Below are positions 1 to 12,000 of a stretch of DNA of 64,000 nucleotides, piece after piece. Position 1 is the first letter of the stretch, and the number at the start of each line of letters is the position of its first letter. The position numbers and the translations under genes were made by a program. This stretch comes from a virus (Duplodnaviria; Caudoviricetes), in the IMG/VR virus record IMGVR_UViG_3300032311_000675, positions 723 through 64,722 of that record. One strand, written 5' to 3'. A model generated the notes under the pieces. The model worked only from the letters and a program-made list of their open reading frames with translations, made no database searches and had not been told where the DNA came from.

Positions 1-3000
1 TTTTATCGTCGTCCTTGTCTCCCTCCATGCTTCTAAACAGAGCCATCAGAATAGCCGTTCCAACAGCTCCCTCGGTCAAGCCAGCTACGGCGTTTTCGTA
101 GTTGGTCAGATCCATAAACCTCTGGCCTTCTTTATTTGTTTTGACTGAATTCATCGCTCCGATTGCTGAATCGGCCAGTCCTACAGGGGTGAAGGCCATC
201 CCTCTTGCCAGCACGTTGTACGAGATCCGAGCGAACAAGGTAAGGCCTCGAAGGATCTGTAATCCCATCGACCCACCGAAGGCCACAGGGGCCGTGACAG
301 CTCTTGCTCCACCCTTGCTCGGGTCAAAGCCCCAGTTTTCGAGGCTCTGGGAGGCGTCGGATATGCCTTTGCTAACTTTATTCAAAGCCCGAGGGATCGC
401 CTTGCCAGCCCTCTTGAATGTAAACGGCTCGTCTTCGTTTGAGGCTACATCCTCGTTAAGGGTCTCACGAGAAGACCGCTCAACTGCAATTTTCCAAGAG
501 TCAGACCCGTACTCGCTGATTTGGTTCCGCACATAGTTAACCATCTCTTGGCCTTTAAGGCCTTTTGCCTTGGCCATTCTGAATGCGATAGATCCTACGA
601 GGGTTTCTGCCGTGAATGATTTGGCGAACTCGTCGGCCGCCAAAAGAGCCCGCAGTGGCAAGCGAATCTTCTTTCCAAAAGAGCCAGGGATCTTTGGATC
701 GTTTTCGTAAAACTTCTGATCGCCTTCGTCCAGCAGGGTCGCATCGGTATGGTCGATGTTGTAGTAGGGCTTTTCGGTATTGAATGCCAAGCGGGCATAC
801 CGCAGTCCGTTAATTACGGAAGGCCACATCGCCATGAAAGCCTCTTTTGCTTCCTCGCTGGCTCCGTTCACAACATCCGACACGCTGGCGTATGGGTTCC
901 CGATTGTTCCGTCTGGAAGCCTCACATTGAGGCCAGCCTTGCCCATGAGGTAAGACATCCCAGCCTCCACCATCCGATAGAATGGGTTAAGAGCTACGAA
1001 AGGAGTCTTCGATACGTTGGCAAGCTGGGTCGATGTGCTGGATACAAGCAGGGCAACGTGGGCTTCAAATACTGCATCACCGACGCTGGCTTGTTTGCCT
1101 TGAGACCTACGAACCATTTGCATGGCCAGTCCGACGTTGCTTGGCTTCCTCCAGTCGAATAAGGAGCTTTTGCCGTCAACATTGTGCCAATCGGACTTGC
1201 CAGAGGTGTCTGACTGCCCTGCGTAGTCAAAACCCATCGCCGCAACGATCTCTGCCAGAATCTCTTCTTTGGTGAGGGGAACCTCATCTGGATTGGCTTC
1301 GATACCCCTAGACCGCAGGGATGCTCCGTTGGCAAATGCGGTCAACTTCGCTTTCAACTGGCTTCTTGTGATCCCTTGGGTCGCAAGCTCTCCAGCCACT
1401 TGGTCAAACCTCTGCTTTGTATTTGTCTCAAGAGATTTCATCAACTGCATCACTCTGGCTGGCTTGATTCCAGCCTGTTTAGCGGCCGCCATCGGAACCA
1501 TCCCAGCCATCACAAGTCGGATCGCCTCGGCGTCCTCTTTGGACATCTGAATTGTGTCCAGAACGTCTTTAGCTGACTTGCTTTCACGGATCTTGAGCTG
1601 GGCGGTATCCCAATCCATCTGCTCAAGGCTTGTGTTTGCTTTCGCCAACTCTGCCTGTAGGGCTTCGATCTTCTTGGCAGATTCCTGTTCTAGGACTTGA
1701 TATTTATCTAACTGATTCGCCCACGCTTGATTGGCGTCTTGGTATTCCTTAATCCGAGCCTCCATATAGGCTCCCCACTTCTGCCATTGTTCGTTTGCGT
1801 TGAAGGCCTCTCCAGCTTGGCTTCTGGCTTTATCCAGTTCGGCTTGAAGGAGGCGGATCTGCTCGTCATTTGCTTCCATCGACCTCTTTTTGAGGGTGGG
1901 GGAGATGGCGTTCCTATATAGTTCATCTGAATCTGGGCTTCTTCTGTAGAGTTCAGCATTAAAGAATGACCGATTCCGCTCATCTGCCGTCATCTGGCTG
2001 TCACGCCCGATCCGCAGGGTTCTTCCAAGATTCGTTCTTTTGATGTCGTTTGCCATTGTGAGAATCGCAATTTTACGAAGTTCCTCTGGGGTCTTGGCTG
2101 TCTTGGCGTCCTCGGCGAGGGCCATGAAGACCGCCGCTTGATTGGTTGCTGATGTCTCAAGAGTGCCTTCGAGTAGATCTGCATAGAGCTGGTCTTTGTG
2201 AGTAGCGACCAAGGCTCTTGCGGCGGCCAGAACGGATGCATCGGTCTCAATGGTATCAATAGGTCGGCGCATTTCTCTGGCTACCCGCTGAACATTGCGG
2301 AACTCGTCGTTTGCAAATGGGCCAGCACTACGGACATCTTGGCCTACATAGGGTGCGCCGACTTCGTAAGGAGCGTTCTCTTCGGATGCCCTTTGGTAGG
2401 TAGCGTCGATTTCTTCGTCGGTAATGACGCTTCCAGACGCACCCAAGAATCGAGCCAATAGGTCATTGAGCGGAGCTTGTTGCGAGCCATTGTTGATCGG
2501 CTCCTCATCTGGCATACGAAGGCCTCGTGAGAACATGCCCAATGATGGGTTCTCATCTCGTAGAGTCTGAGCCTTGTCCCTCATGTCTTTCATGGCTGTA
2601 TATTCTCTTATGTCAGCCGCAGTCATTCCGTATTTATAGGGCTTATTGTTTTCTTCTATTAAGGCATCTCTTTTTAATCGTTCTATTTCCTTGTCGGCCT
2701 TCTGTACCAGTCGATCCATTTGTTGCTTTTTGGTGATCCCTCGTGAAAAGAGCGAGAGTTGCTCCATTTTGGGAACCTCGACCTCTGGTACTGCCGACTG
2801 CTGTTCTAGGACAAGATTCTCTGGCTTTGTGCTTGTCTCCACTTGCATGAGATCTGACTGGAAGGCGATCCCAGGCCATTTCTCTTCACGAGCCTTGTTC
2901 ATCAGCATCGTGTAAAGAGTTTCCTCTTGTGACGACAACTGCTGGGGAGGTATAGGACGATAGTAGCCGTCGTCTTCCTTCTGGTAGGATCCGTGCTTTT

Positions 3001-6000
3001 TCTTGTGTAGCTGTAGGAGCTTGGTCTTTAGGACATCAATGTTGTTCCTGTCCTTGTCTTGGATTTTGATGCCTCGGGCAAACAGGGTGGCCTGTTCCAG
3101 CTTTTTCTCAATGTTCCCTTGGCGAAGATTTTCAACCATCTTCATAAAGTCGAACGGCTGGCTGGATAGTTCCAGAGCGGCCGATTGCCCTTGGGTCAGA
3201 ATGGTCGGCTTGATTGCCGAGTTCTGAATCATTGCGTTCCTAGCTTCTTGAGGAAGTTCGGCCGCCAAGGCTTGCATGTACTCCTTGAGGTTTCCGTTAA
3301 TCTCAATTCCAGCCTGTCCTGGTATCGAGGCCATCTCGGTTTGGAATCGGTTGTCGCTGTACATTTCGGTGACAAATTCGTGAATGTTTCCAAGGCCGTA
3401 GTAGATCGAGCGAACCTTCTGCGGGTCAGTCTGGATGTCTGAAACCTTTGTTCTGAACATCGGTGCAGAGGCACGCACCTTATAGGAAGCGTAAAAGAGT
3501 GGTTCCAGATCCTGCTGACGGAGCTTTTCGATACCACTTGGGGTCAGAACAAGGGTCGTGTTTTGCACTCCGCTTGTTTCCATTCCTTCCAAAGCCTCCT
3601 CGTCGGTCTGGTTCAAGAACACGAAGTCTGGGGATCCCTTGGAGGCCACAAGGCTCATTCCAGAGTTCCGACCCATTGGGCGTGTTCCTTCCAGCCCTTG
3701 ATCCTTTAGGTACTTGAGGAGAGGGAAGGTATTCTCGCTGGTGATTTCGGCCTTCATGTGGATCCCGTCCTGTCCAATCGGTTCTTCGTAAGGAGCCATG
3801 TGGAGGGTCACATCGTAGGTCGAGGCCAGTCCAGTACCGAAGATTGCATCTGCCACAGGGTTTCCAGCCGTATCCTTCGATACGTTAACAGCCGCCAAAT
3901 AGGCCTTAATTAGGGCTTTGAGGGGCTTGTATCCTCCCTTGCTTCCGTTTGCCAAGGGCAGGGGATTACCCTCTGCATCCATCTCGATATCTGGGCGGTT
4001 TGCGTACTCGACAAGTCTATCCAGCTCCTTCTTGCCTGTTGCCGTACCGATTCCTTCTTTGACTAAAAGGTTGTGAGTCAGAACGTGCTTGTATTCATGG
4101 ATTGTTGTTTCAATCGGTTCCCCGCTGTTCTTGATGCCGTGTAGGCTCAAGACAACCATTCCGTTGCCTTCTTTGGCTGGCTTGTAGTACGACCTTACAA
4201 AGCTCGGATCTGGGTTGATTTCGGCTGGGACATAAAGTCCAGCGGTCATCATGCTTTGCTTTGTGTTTGGCGTAGTAAGCAATTTCGCCAAAGCTCTTTG
4301 GCTGGGCAGGGCGTCTGGCTCGTTCGCAACGGCGTTAAGGAGATCCCTAAACAACACGCTATTTCCAGCGTTGCTGTCCAGATAGTTCGCCAAACCACGA
4401 GAGAACAGGGTCATCTGACCCTTGGTTTCTTCGATAGCCTTAAAGCCCTCCATCGGGCTGGCTTCGGTAGGCTCTTCTTTTGCGGTAGGTGCTTCGACCC
4501 CTAGGAAATTTGCATATTTAGATAGCTGACGCTGGAGGCTCTGGATGTGCTTAAACACCCAGAATCTGTCTGGGGCGACTTCGCCATCGAGGTTGCCCAC
4601 GTTCCTAGACTTGTAGGCCTCGGGGGTCTCGGAGATCTGCTGATAGCTCGCCCCGCTGACATACATCATAAAGATCTTCCTGTCGGAATCGGCCAGCGAG
4701 GCCATGACTTTTTCGAGCTTGTCGTAAAGTTCCTTGTTGGATTCTGGGGCTTCTTTTTGAGCCATGTAATCGCCCACGGAGGCTTCTTCTTGTTCGACAT
4801 CGCCCTCTTCGTTGAATGTCCCGCTTATCGGAGCATCTTTTGAGATGGTCTCACGATTCTTGGCTTCCTCTTGCATCTGCTTGATGCGGTTATCAACGGC
4901 AGACAGGATGAAGTTAGGTACGTTCTCAATCAGCTCACCCTTTGTATTCTGTCCGTGGCGATGATTGATCTGTGCCTGTAGGGCGATTGCGTAGTCGTAT
5001 AGGTTCTGGTGGATCTCATCCTCGCCTAAGTTTCCAGCTTCGAGCCATCCGTCATCCGATGCCTTCATCGCCTTGTAGCGAATGTTTCTTCCGATGACTC
5101 CTTCTGGGGAGAAGTCTTTTGCGTTATCGTCGGTCAAGAATCCTTCGACGATTTGCTCTTTGGCTCGGCCTTGACCAGCTTCACGGCGTAGACCCCTTGA
5201 GCGTAGCGAGAACCCATTCTTTGGCCCTCGATACATCCAAGCATCATGTCCTTGATTGATTTTAGCCACGATCATCGTTGCGATGGCGTTGCTGTTGTCT
5301 AATGCCTCTTTCCTGTAACCCTCGTTCTTATCATCGAGGAATGCTTTGTCTGGGATGTAGAGGCTTTGCCCAGAGATCATTGACCCGTCGCTGAACACAA
5401 CAGCCCGAGGTCTGCCTTCCTCGTCGATAATGTTGTCCATTACCTTGCCGACTGGGCCAAGCAGGGATCCTTGGCCTTTGGCTACTTCTGCCTTGAGGTT
5501 TACTAGGTTGTCGGAGTTCACCCCAGCGGGCATCACTACGCCAGTTGTCTTGCCACCATCCTTGGTTGTGAAGGTGGTGACCGCCGCTGGGACATTAGCC
5601 CCGAACATAGAGGAAACGAAATTCGCCCCTGTGAGGAGATTGCCTTCGACCACAAACTGGTCTCTCTGGGTCGCATTCTGCCTTGATCTATCGTAGGTCT
5701 TGCCGAATCCGTCACCCTTACGGCTTTCGGGCATCTTTTCCTCAACGTATCTATTCCAAGAATCTGGATCTAAGGCGTTATCTCCAGTAGTAAGCACCTT
5801 GTTGATTGCCTCGTTGAATACTCGGTTCTCGATCTCAGACTCTTCCATTCCGCTCTCGTGCATCTGAACCGCCATCTCGTATGCAACTGCATTAACCTCT
5901 CGCAGTTGTTCTGGGGGAAGAGTGTCCACGCATAGAAGGCGAGGCCCGCGCATAAAAACGACCAGACCAGATCCGTCCGTGTTGCGATAAATGCCAACTG

Positions 6001-9000
6001 GCAAACTTAGTGGGTCTACGCTTGGGTCACGAGTAGGGGCTTCGTTTTCGCCAATGGGTGACTTGTCTAAAGAAATCTTGAAAGGATTAACGTGAGCAAG
6101 TTCCGATGCCTGTAGCGGGATTCGGACTTTGTTCTCAAACCCAGCCGTCTGGAGGACTAGGTACTGCCGACTTTCGGCGTGAGGGAAGCGGTTGTTCAGC
6201 TCAACACCTACGACATAGGCGGGGATCTGTTTTGTATCCTTGCCGAACCAAGCTCCCTTACCAACGAGGTCTAAGGCTCGTTCCACATTGTACTTGGTCT
6301 CGGCGTACTGCTTCCGAGACTTCTCCAAAGCCCTTACCTTCGCCAGTTGCTCCATCCGTGGGTTGCTTGAAATACGGGCCAGCTTGTCCTTTAGGACAGA
6401 GTCGCTGGCTTTTAAGAAGTCTGATACGGCTGTTTCGGCCTGTTGCTTGGCCTGTTCGAGGGTCGGGATTACCTCTGCCGAGGTCGGAGGAGGGGTCGGG
6501 TTATTGAATCGGTATTTGGCGATGCGGGCTGGTTTAGAAAATGCGTCTTCACCAGACTTGGATTCTGGAACGCTTGTGTTGAAGATCTGTAGGTCTCCAA
6601 GCGTAGTCCAAGCGACTTCGTCGGTATAGTTGGATCCATTTTCTAATGCGTTTTGAGCCTTAAGAAGCGTTGCGGATCCAAAACGCTGTACACCATCCTC
6701 AGATGGTTCGCCCGCTTTGTAAACAAGTGTGTCATTACCGCTGTTTTCGTATAAGAACTTTAGGGTTACTGGCCCAAACACCTCTCCGCCTTTTGGATTT
6801 GCATAGAAATATAATGTATCGAGTTGTTTTTTGTTTGGTAATGCCGTTTTGGCGGGCTTGTCCGAACTCGCAACCCCATACGCATCCCAAGCCTTTTCGT
6901 CAGACAGCTTCTCGGCCTTGTAATCTTTTTCTTGTGATTCCAGCTCGTAGGTTCCGTTCTGCTTGGCGAAATCAACCATCGCAACGTATTCGGCTGTGAT
7001 CTCCTCGAAGAAATGCCTCTGATCCTCGATATCCAAGATCAACGCCTTGTGGATCATCCTTCGCATCCCATCCCCTGGCTCACCCGAAGTTAGGATCTTT
7101 CGGATATCCTCAAACTTCTCGGGGAAGTTCGTTCCAGCTCTGGTGTTGTAGGCCGTTCGTAGCTCTGGTTCGTTAGCCAATACAAGGGCTACGGCGTTGT
7201 CTCCGTAGGTATTTAGCATATCCAGCCCAAGGTTCTCGCCAGCGGCCGTTGCGTCTTTACCAGTCGTCGAAGCACCAAGACGGCGCATCTTCTTCTGGGT
7301 CATCGCCATAATCCGAACTTCGGCAGGGATGTCTTCGCTGTAGATGTAGACAAGTTTGGGCGCACTTTGCTGATTGTTGCGGTTTGTTCTGCCCAAAACT
7401 TGGATTGTGTCGACGATGTCGGGGGCTGGTTGCATCACAATATGGGTTCGTGGAGCTGAACTCTTGTTGCGGGGATCGTCGTGTGCCGACAGCCCAGTCG
7501 AGCCAGTTCGGCTGACGATCAGAACCTTCGTCTGGTCATTGTTACGGAAAGCGATTAGGGAGTTTTGCTTGTCTTGGTCGGTGACGGATCTCTGCGAGAA
7601 AGCACCAGAAGGGGTGACTGCGATGTCACGACCCGATATCTCAGCACTTAGGATCTGCCGTCTTTGCAGTTCAGCACGCAAGGCATCAAATGGGCTGATC
7701 GGGAGCTTGTTGAGGGTCTCGGCATTGTCTTTGATGATTAGAGCCAGATCCTTGAACCCAGTCTCCATTAAGGAGTCGTGAAGCTCGATAGACTTCTGGC
7801 TTACCCAGTTTGGGATGTTGGACTTGCCGTTGCTCTTGTTCCAATCAATCGTGAACTCAAGGGAGGGGGCGTCGCTTTTCTCGTCTTTTGGCCCGATCTT
7901 GACTTTGTTCGTGTTGAGCTTCCTTGCGTACCGCTCCATGAAATCCTTAAAGGTGACTTTTGCGGTCTTGTCGTAGCTTTGAAGGCTTCCGCCCTCCATG
8001 ATCTCCTTGGCGTCCCGAAGGAAGGCTTCGCCTGTCGTGTCCATTGAGATGAACACCTTGCGACCAGCTTTGATTTCAGCCTCGGCCAAGTCTGCTGTGT
8101 CCTTGATTTTAGCTCCAAGAACCATGTTGGCGGCGACATTGTGGAACTGGCCAGAAAGGGGATAGATAAGGGCTTTTGCTTCCGTTCCGTCGTAGGCTTC
8201 CTGTGCATCCTGTACGAGCTGTTGGGTCAGCTTCTTCATCTTTTCGCCGATCTCGATCTGCCTCATTTCACCAAGAATTTCATTGGCGGCATTATGGGCA
8301 TCAATGACCTCTTGCTTGGCTTTGATCGGGGAGGGAATGAATGGGATCTTCTGACCCTTCCAAGTAAATCCACTCTGGAGTCGGAACATCTGCCCAGCTC
8401 GAGACAGCATACTGCTGGTCATCTGCATAAATGGATTTCCGAACCGCTTGGCGAGTCTCTCGAACTCACTTGCGGTAGGAACAGCCATTGGGATGCTGGT
8501 CTTGGGGAAGTAGGTGGCGATGTTGGCGGGGCTTTTGATAGCCGTTGCCGAAGAGAACACCGCTCCTCGTGATTTTGGAATTACGCTTCTAAAGAATTCG
8601 CCGATGGAGCTGTCTGTTCCCGCCGCATTGTGGCTCTCATCCAAGATGAAGATCGCCCTGTCTGCGATTGCATTAAGGGCAGGGATAACATCCTTTTTAG
8701 TTACCGAGGAGATCTGGGCATAGGTCGTAAAGACTGCGTTATGCTCACTTGGCATCTTGCCAGTCTGTGCGGTGAGTCGGAGCTTCTGGATCGGGTTCTT
8801 CATTGTAACTGGGCGACCCTTGCTACGCATCGAACTCCAGTTGTTATTTGTGATGAGAGGCTTGATCTGCCCCTCGAACCCTACGTCCTCGATGTCATCC
8901 AGCATCGCTGGGTACAAAGGCTCGGATTTGGTTACAAAAACAGGGATTAGGCCTTTTTTGAGGGCATAAACGGCCATGATTGACCCAACGATCCGACCCT

Positions 9001-12000
9001 TACCAACACCCATCTCGTGTCCGATAGTAAGGCTTTTGCCTTTCTCAATCTGATTGATGGAAAGGGCGATGGTCTCCAAGGCTTCTGCCGAGAGCCTTTC
9101 CTCGCCGTCATCCCGCTTGAAGATCTTATCGACAGGGATCCCGATCATCTTTGAGACGTACTGCGGGATCGGGCCGACCTCTTTGACCAGCTCGTTAATA
9201 GCAGAGGTCTGTTCGGGTGCGAGGTTGGCAGGGGCTTGTAGCCCTAAAGAGTAGTAGCCATCAATCTTCTTGGATTCTTCTTCTCCAACTGGAGTCCAGC
9301 TCTCTTGTAGCTCGGCCTTTTCTTGGTCTTTGTCGATCTGCTCTTCACGAGGATCTGGGGCAGGGAGGCCTCTGGAGCTTAATCTGGTTTTAGATAGGGT
9401 CTTCTCGACTGCCTTTTGAGCGGCACTTTGAATTGTCTCTCCAAATGAATTCTCTGACGCAATTATTGGAACTCGGTTCCCAAATATATCCGTCTCGCCC
9501 ATGTCCTTGAGGTCTTGAATCTTGGCTTCCAGCTCTGAGGCCAGATTGTTTAGGTAGCTCGATAGCTTTGCGCTGGAATCTCTGAAATCGTAAATAGGCT
9601 GGAAGACGTCGGCGGAAGTCTGGTCGAGGATATTTTCCGCAAGTCCAGGGATCTGGCTTCTGTTGTTCTCGACGAACGACTGCCAATCCTTGGGAGTGTT
9701 TTCGCCACCAGACCTCTTGGCCTCCAGATAGGCCTGTAGTGACTTGGCAATTGGAACAAGCGGGTCGAGCTGGGATGCTTTTTCTGCACCTAGAACCTCT
9801 GTGGCTATCTGCCGTAATGAAACAAGTCGGGTAACTGATTTCGTTAGGGCGGCGGCCAAAGTCTTTACCCCAGCGTTGCTGTTCTCTGGGTCGGTAATGG
9901 CGGAGATGATGATCTTTTCGGAGTCTGTAATCTTGCCGTTATTGGAGCTGGCAATCGCATCAGCGAGAAGGGCGGAGGTTACTCGATCCTTGAAGGCCTT
10001 GGTAAAGCTCTCGTCGTTGTTCCTGTACTGCTGTGGGGATCCAAATATCTCAAAGAACTTCTGCTGAATCGCAACATTTTCTGGGGTTTCCGATAGATCT
10101 CCGTTTTCGTTTTGCTTGATATCTCGGAGTTCTGGGTTGTCCTGTATTTCACGAGCATCCGCAACCGCAAGCTCCTCTGTGGCTAAAGTTCCAGCGTTTG
10201 CCCTTACGGCTAGTCGCCTCAAGAACTGCTTTGGAGTTTTGTTGACGCCAAGCCCAGTTGCCGTCTTGTTGGACTCTTCAAAGCTCGCCATTAGATCCAT
10301 CTCGGTGACCACAATCGGCATCTTCATAGATCGGATCTGTTCGGCCATTTCTGGGAAAACCTCCATCAGCTTGGCTCGATAGGCGGCCGCCCGCTCTGGG
10401 TAGCGACGGAACATTTCCATCATTGCCTTGATTCGTCCGTGACCGCTTACGATTTTGTTTTCAGCAGTAAGGATGGGTGCGCCGTCTCCAGTTGAAGTCC
10501 CTGGCATCGCTTTATCTGGATCCCAGTTGCGAGCCATTGTTTCGATAAGTTCTTTGTACGCCTTTCGATCTTTTCGGTTTCTGGGTTGGATGTCCGTGCC
10601 TTCCATGTCCTTGGCCTCGGTGGCCTCGATGATTTTGGGCGTCCCGATAACTGTTGACCCAGTAAAGCCCTGCGTGAATGCCTTGATCGTATTCTTCTTG
10701 GCTGTTGGGGCGGGTTTGTTTTCGCCCATCATCTTTTTGGTGATTTCAGATTGCGGTACTTCAATCGTGTCCTCGTCCGAGGTCTTGGCGATTTCTTTGA
10801 TTGAGGCTCGGATATCCATGCCAGCCAGTTTGGCCTCCGCCGAGTTCATGCCTGTCGCATCCATAACGAACTTCATGTAGTCAGCATCTCTGCGACTGGG
10901 GTTCGACTGGGCTATGATGTACAAGGCCTTGTCGATGTCGTTATGGAAGTTTAGGGCAAACTGATTTGCTCCGTAAGCGTAACGAGGGCTTGCTCCAGCT
11001 AGGTCTCTAGGAAGTCTTGGAAGCTCGGTTCTTGGTGCTGGCGGAGCAGGGGGAGCAGGGGGAGCAGGGGGAGCGGGGGGAGCGGGGGGAGCGGGCGGAG
11101 CTGGTGGCTCTGGGGGAGTTGGAGGTGCGGGTGGCTCTGATTGTTCCGTGCTTTGATCCGATTCTGCTGTGGCAGGGGCGGTAGGCCTTGGATTTGCTCC
11201 AGTTGAGGGAAGGTTAGGCTGAACTAGGCCACCAGACCTCTTGCCTGTAATGGACGCTGGCGGGACTCCGAGTCCAGCCCAGTCCACCTTCTTGCCTTTG
11301 AGTACATCTTGTATCTTGTTCAGGAGGTCATCCAGTTCTGCTCCGACTTGCGGATTTGCGCTGGAAAGAGCCTTACGCATCCGACTCAAGGCCTTGTACA
11401 CCGACATGATGTACTTTTTGATGGAATTGATTAAGTCACGGACGCTCGATTCAGACTTCTGCATCGTTGTTGTGTCTTTGCCTTGGGCGGAGGCTCTTAG
11501 GTCAATTCTGCTTTCCGTAAGCCCAGACTTGCTTTCGATCTGACCTAATTGACGGAGCATTTCGCTCATTACAACCATCGTCTTGGTGTCGCTTCCACCC
11601 AAGAAGTCCGATATTTCCTCCATGCTCATAGAGGTCGGCATATCTGGGTTGTATAAAGAGATGGAGGAGACCAGCGCAGTTGCTACTTGTGTGTCGCTTT
11701 TGCCTACCTCCAAAATCTTGTTGAAGAGGTCACTCCGCCTCTTGATGTGATAAGGGGCGTACTCCTCTGGCTTTAGTCCGAGGGCTTTAGCCTCAAGGTA
11801 GGAAGACGCAAAGTCGCCAACGTGCAGAAGTTCCTCGTGGAACGCTCTGTTGTTTATCTCTGGGTCTACGGAATCTTGGAAAGCAAACTGGTTTGGATCC
11901 ACCCTTAATGTAAGAGAGCCGTCCTCATTTGGGACGACTTGCATTGAGGTCGATTGGCCTGTGATTTCACCTTCCTCGTAGCCGACCTTAATCCCATCCA

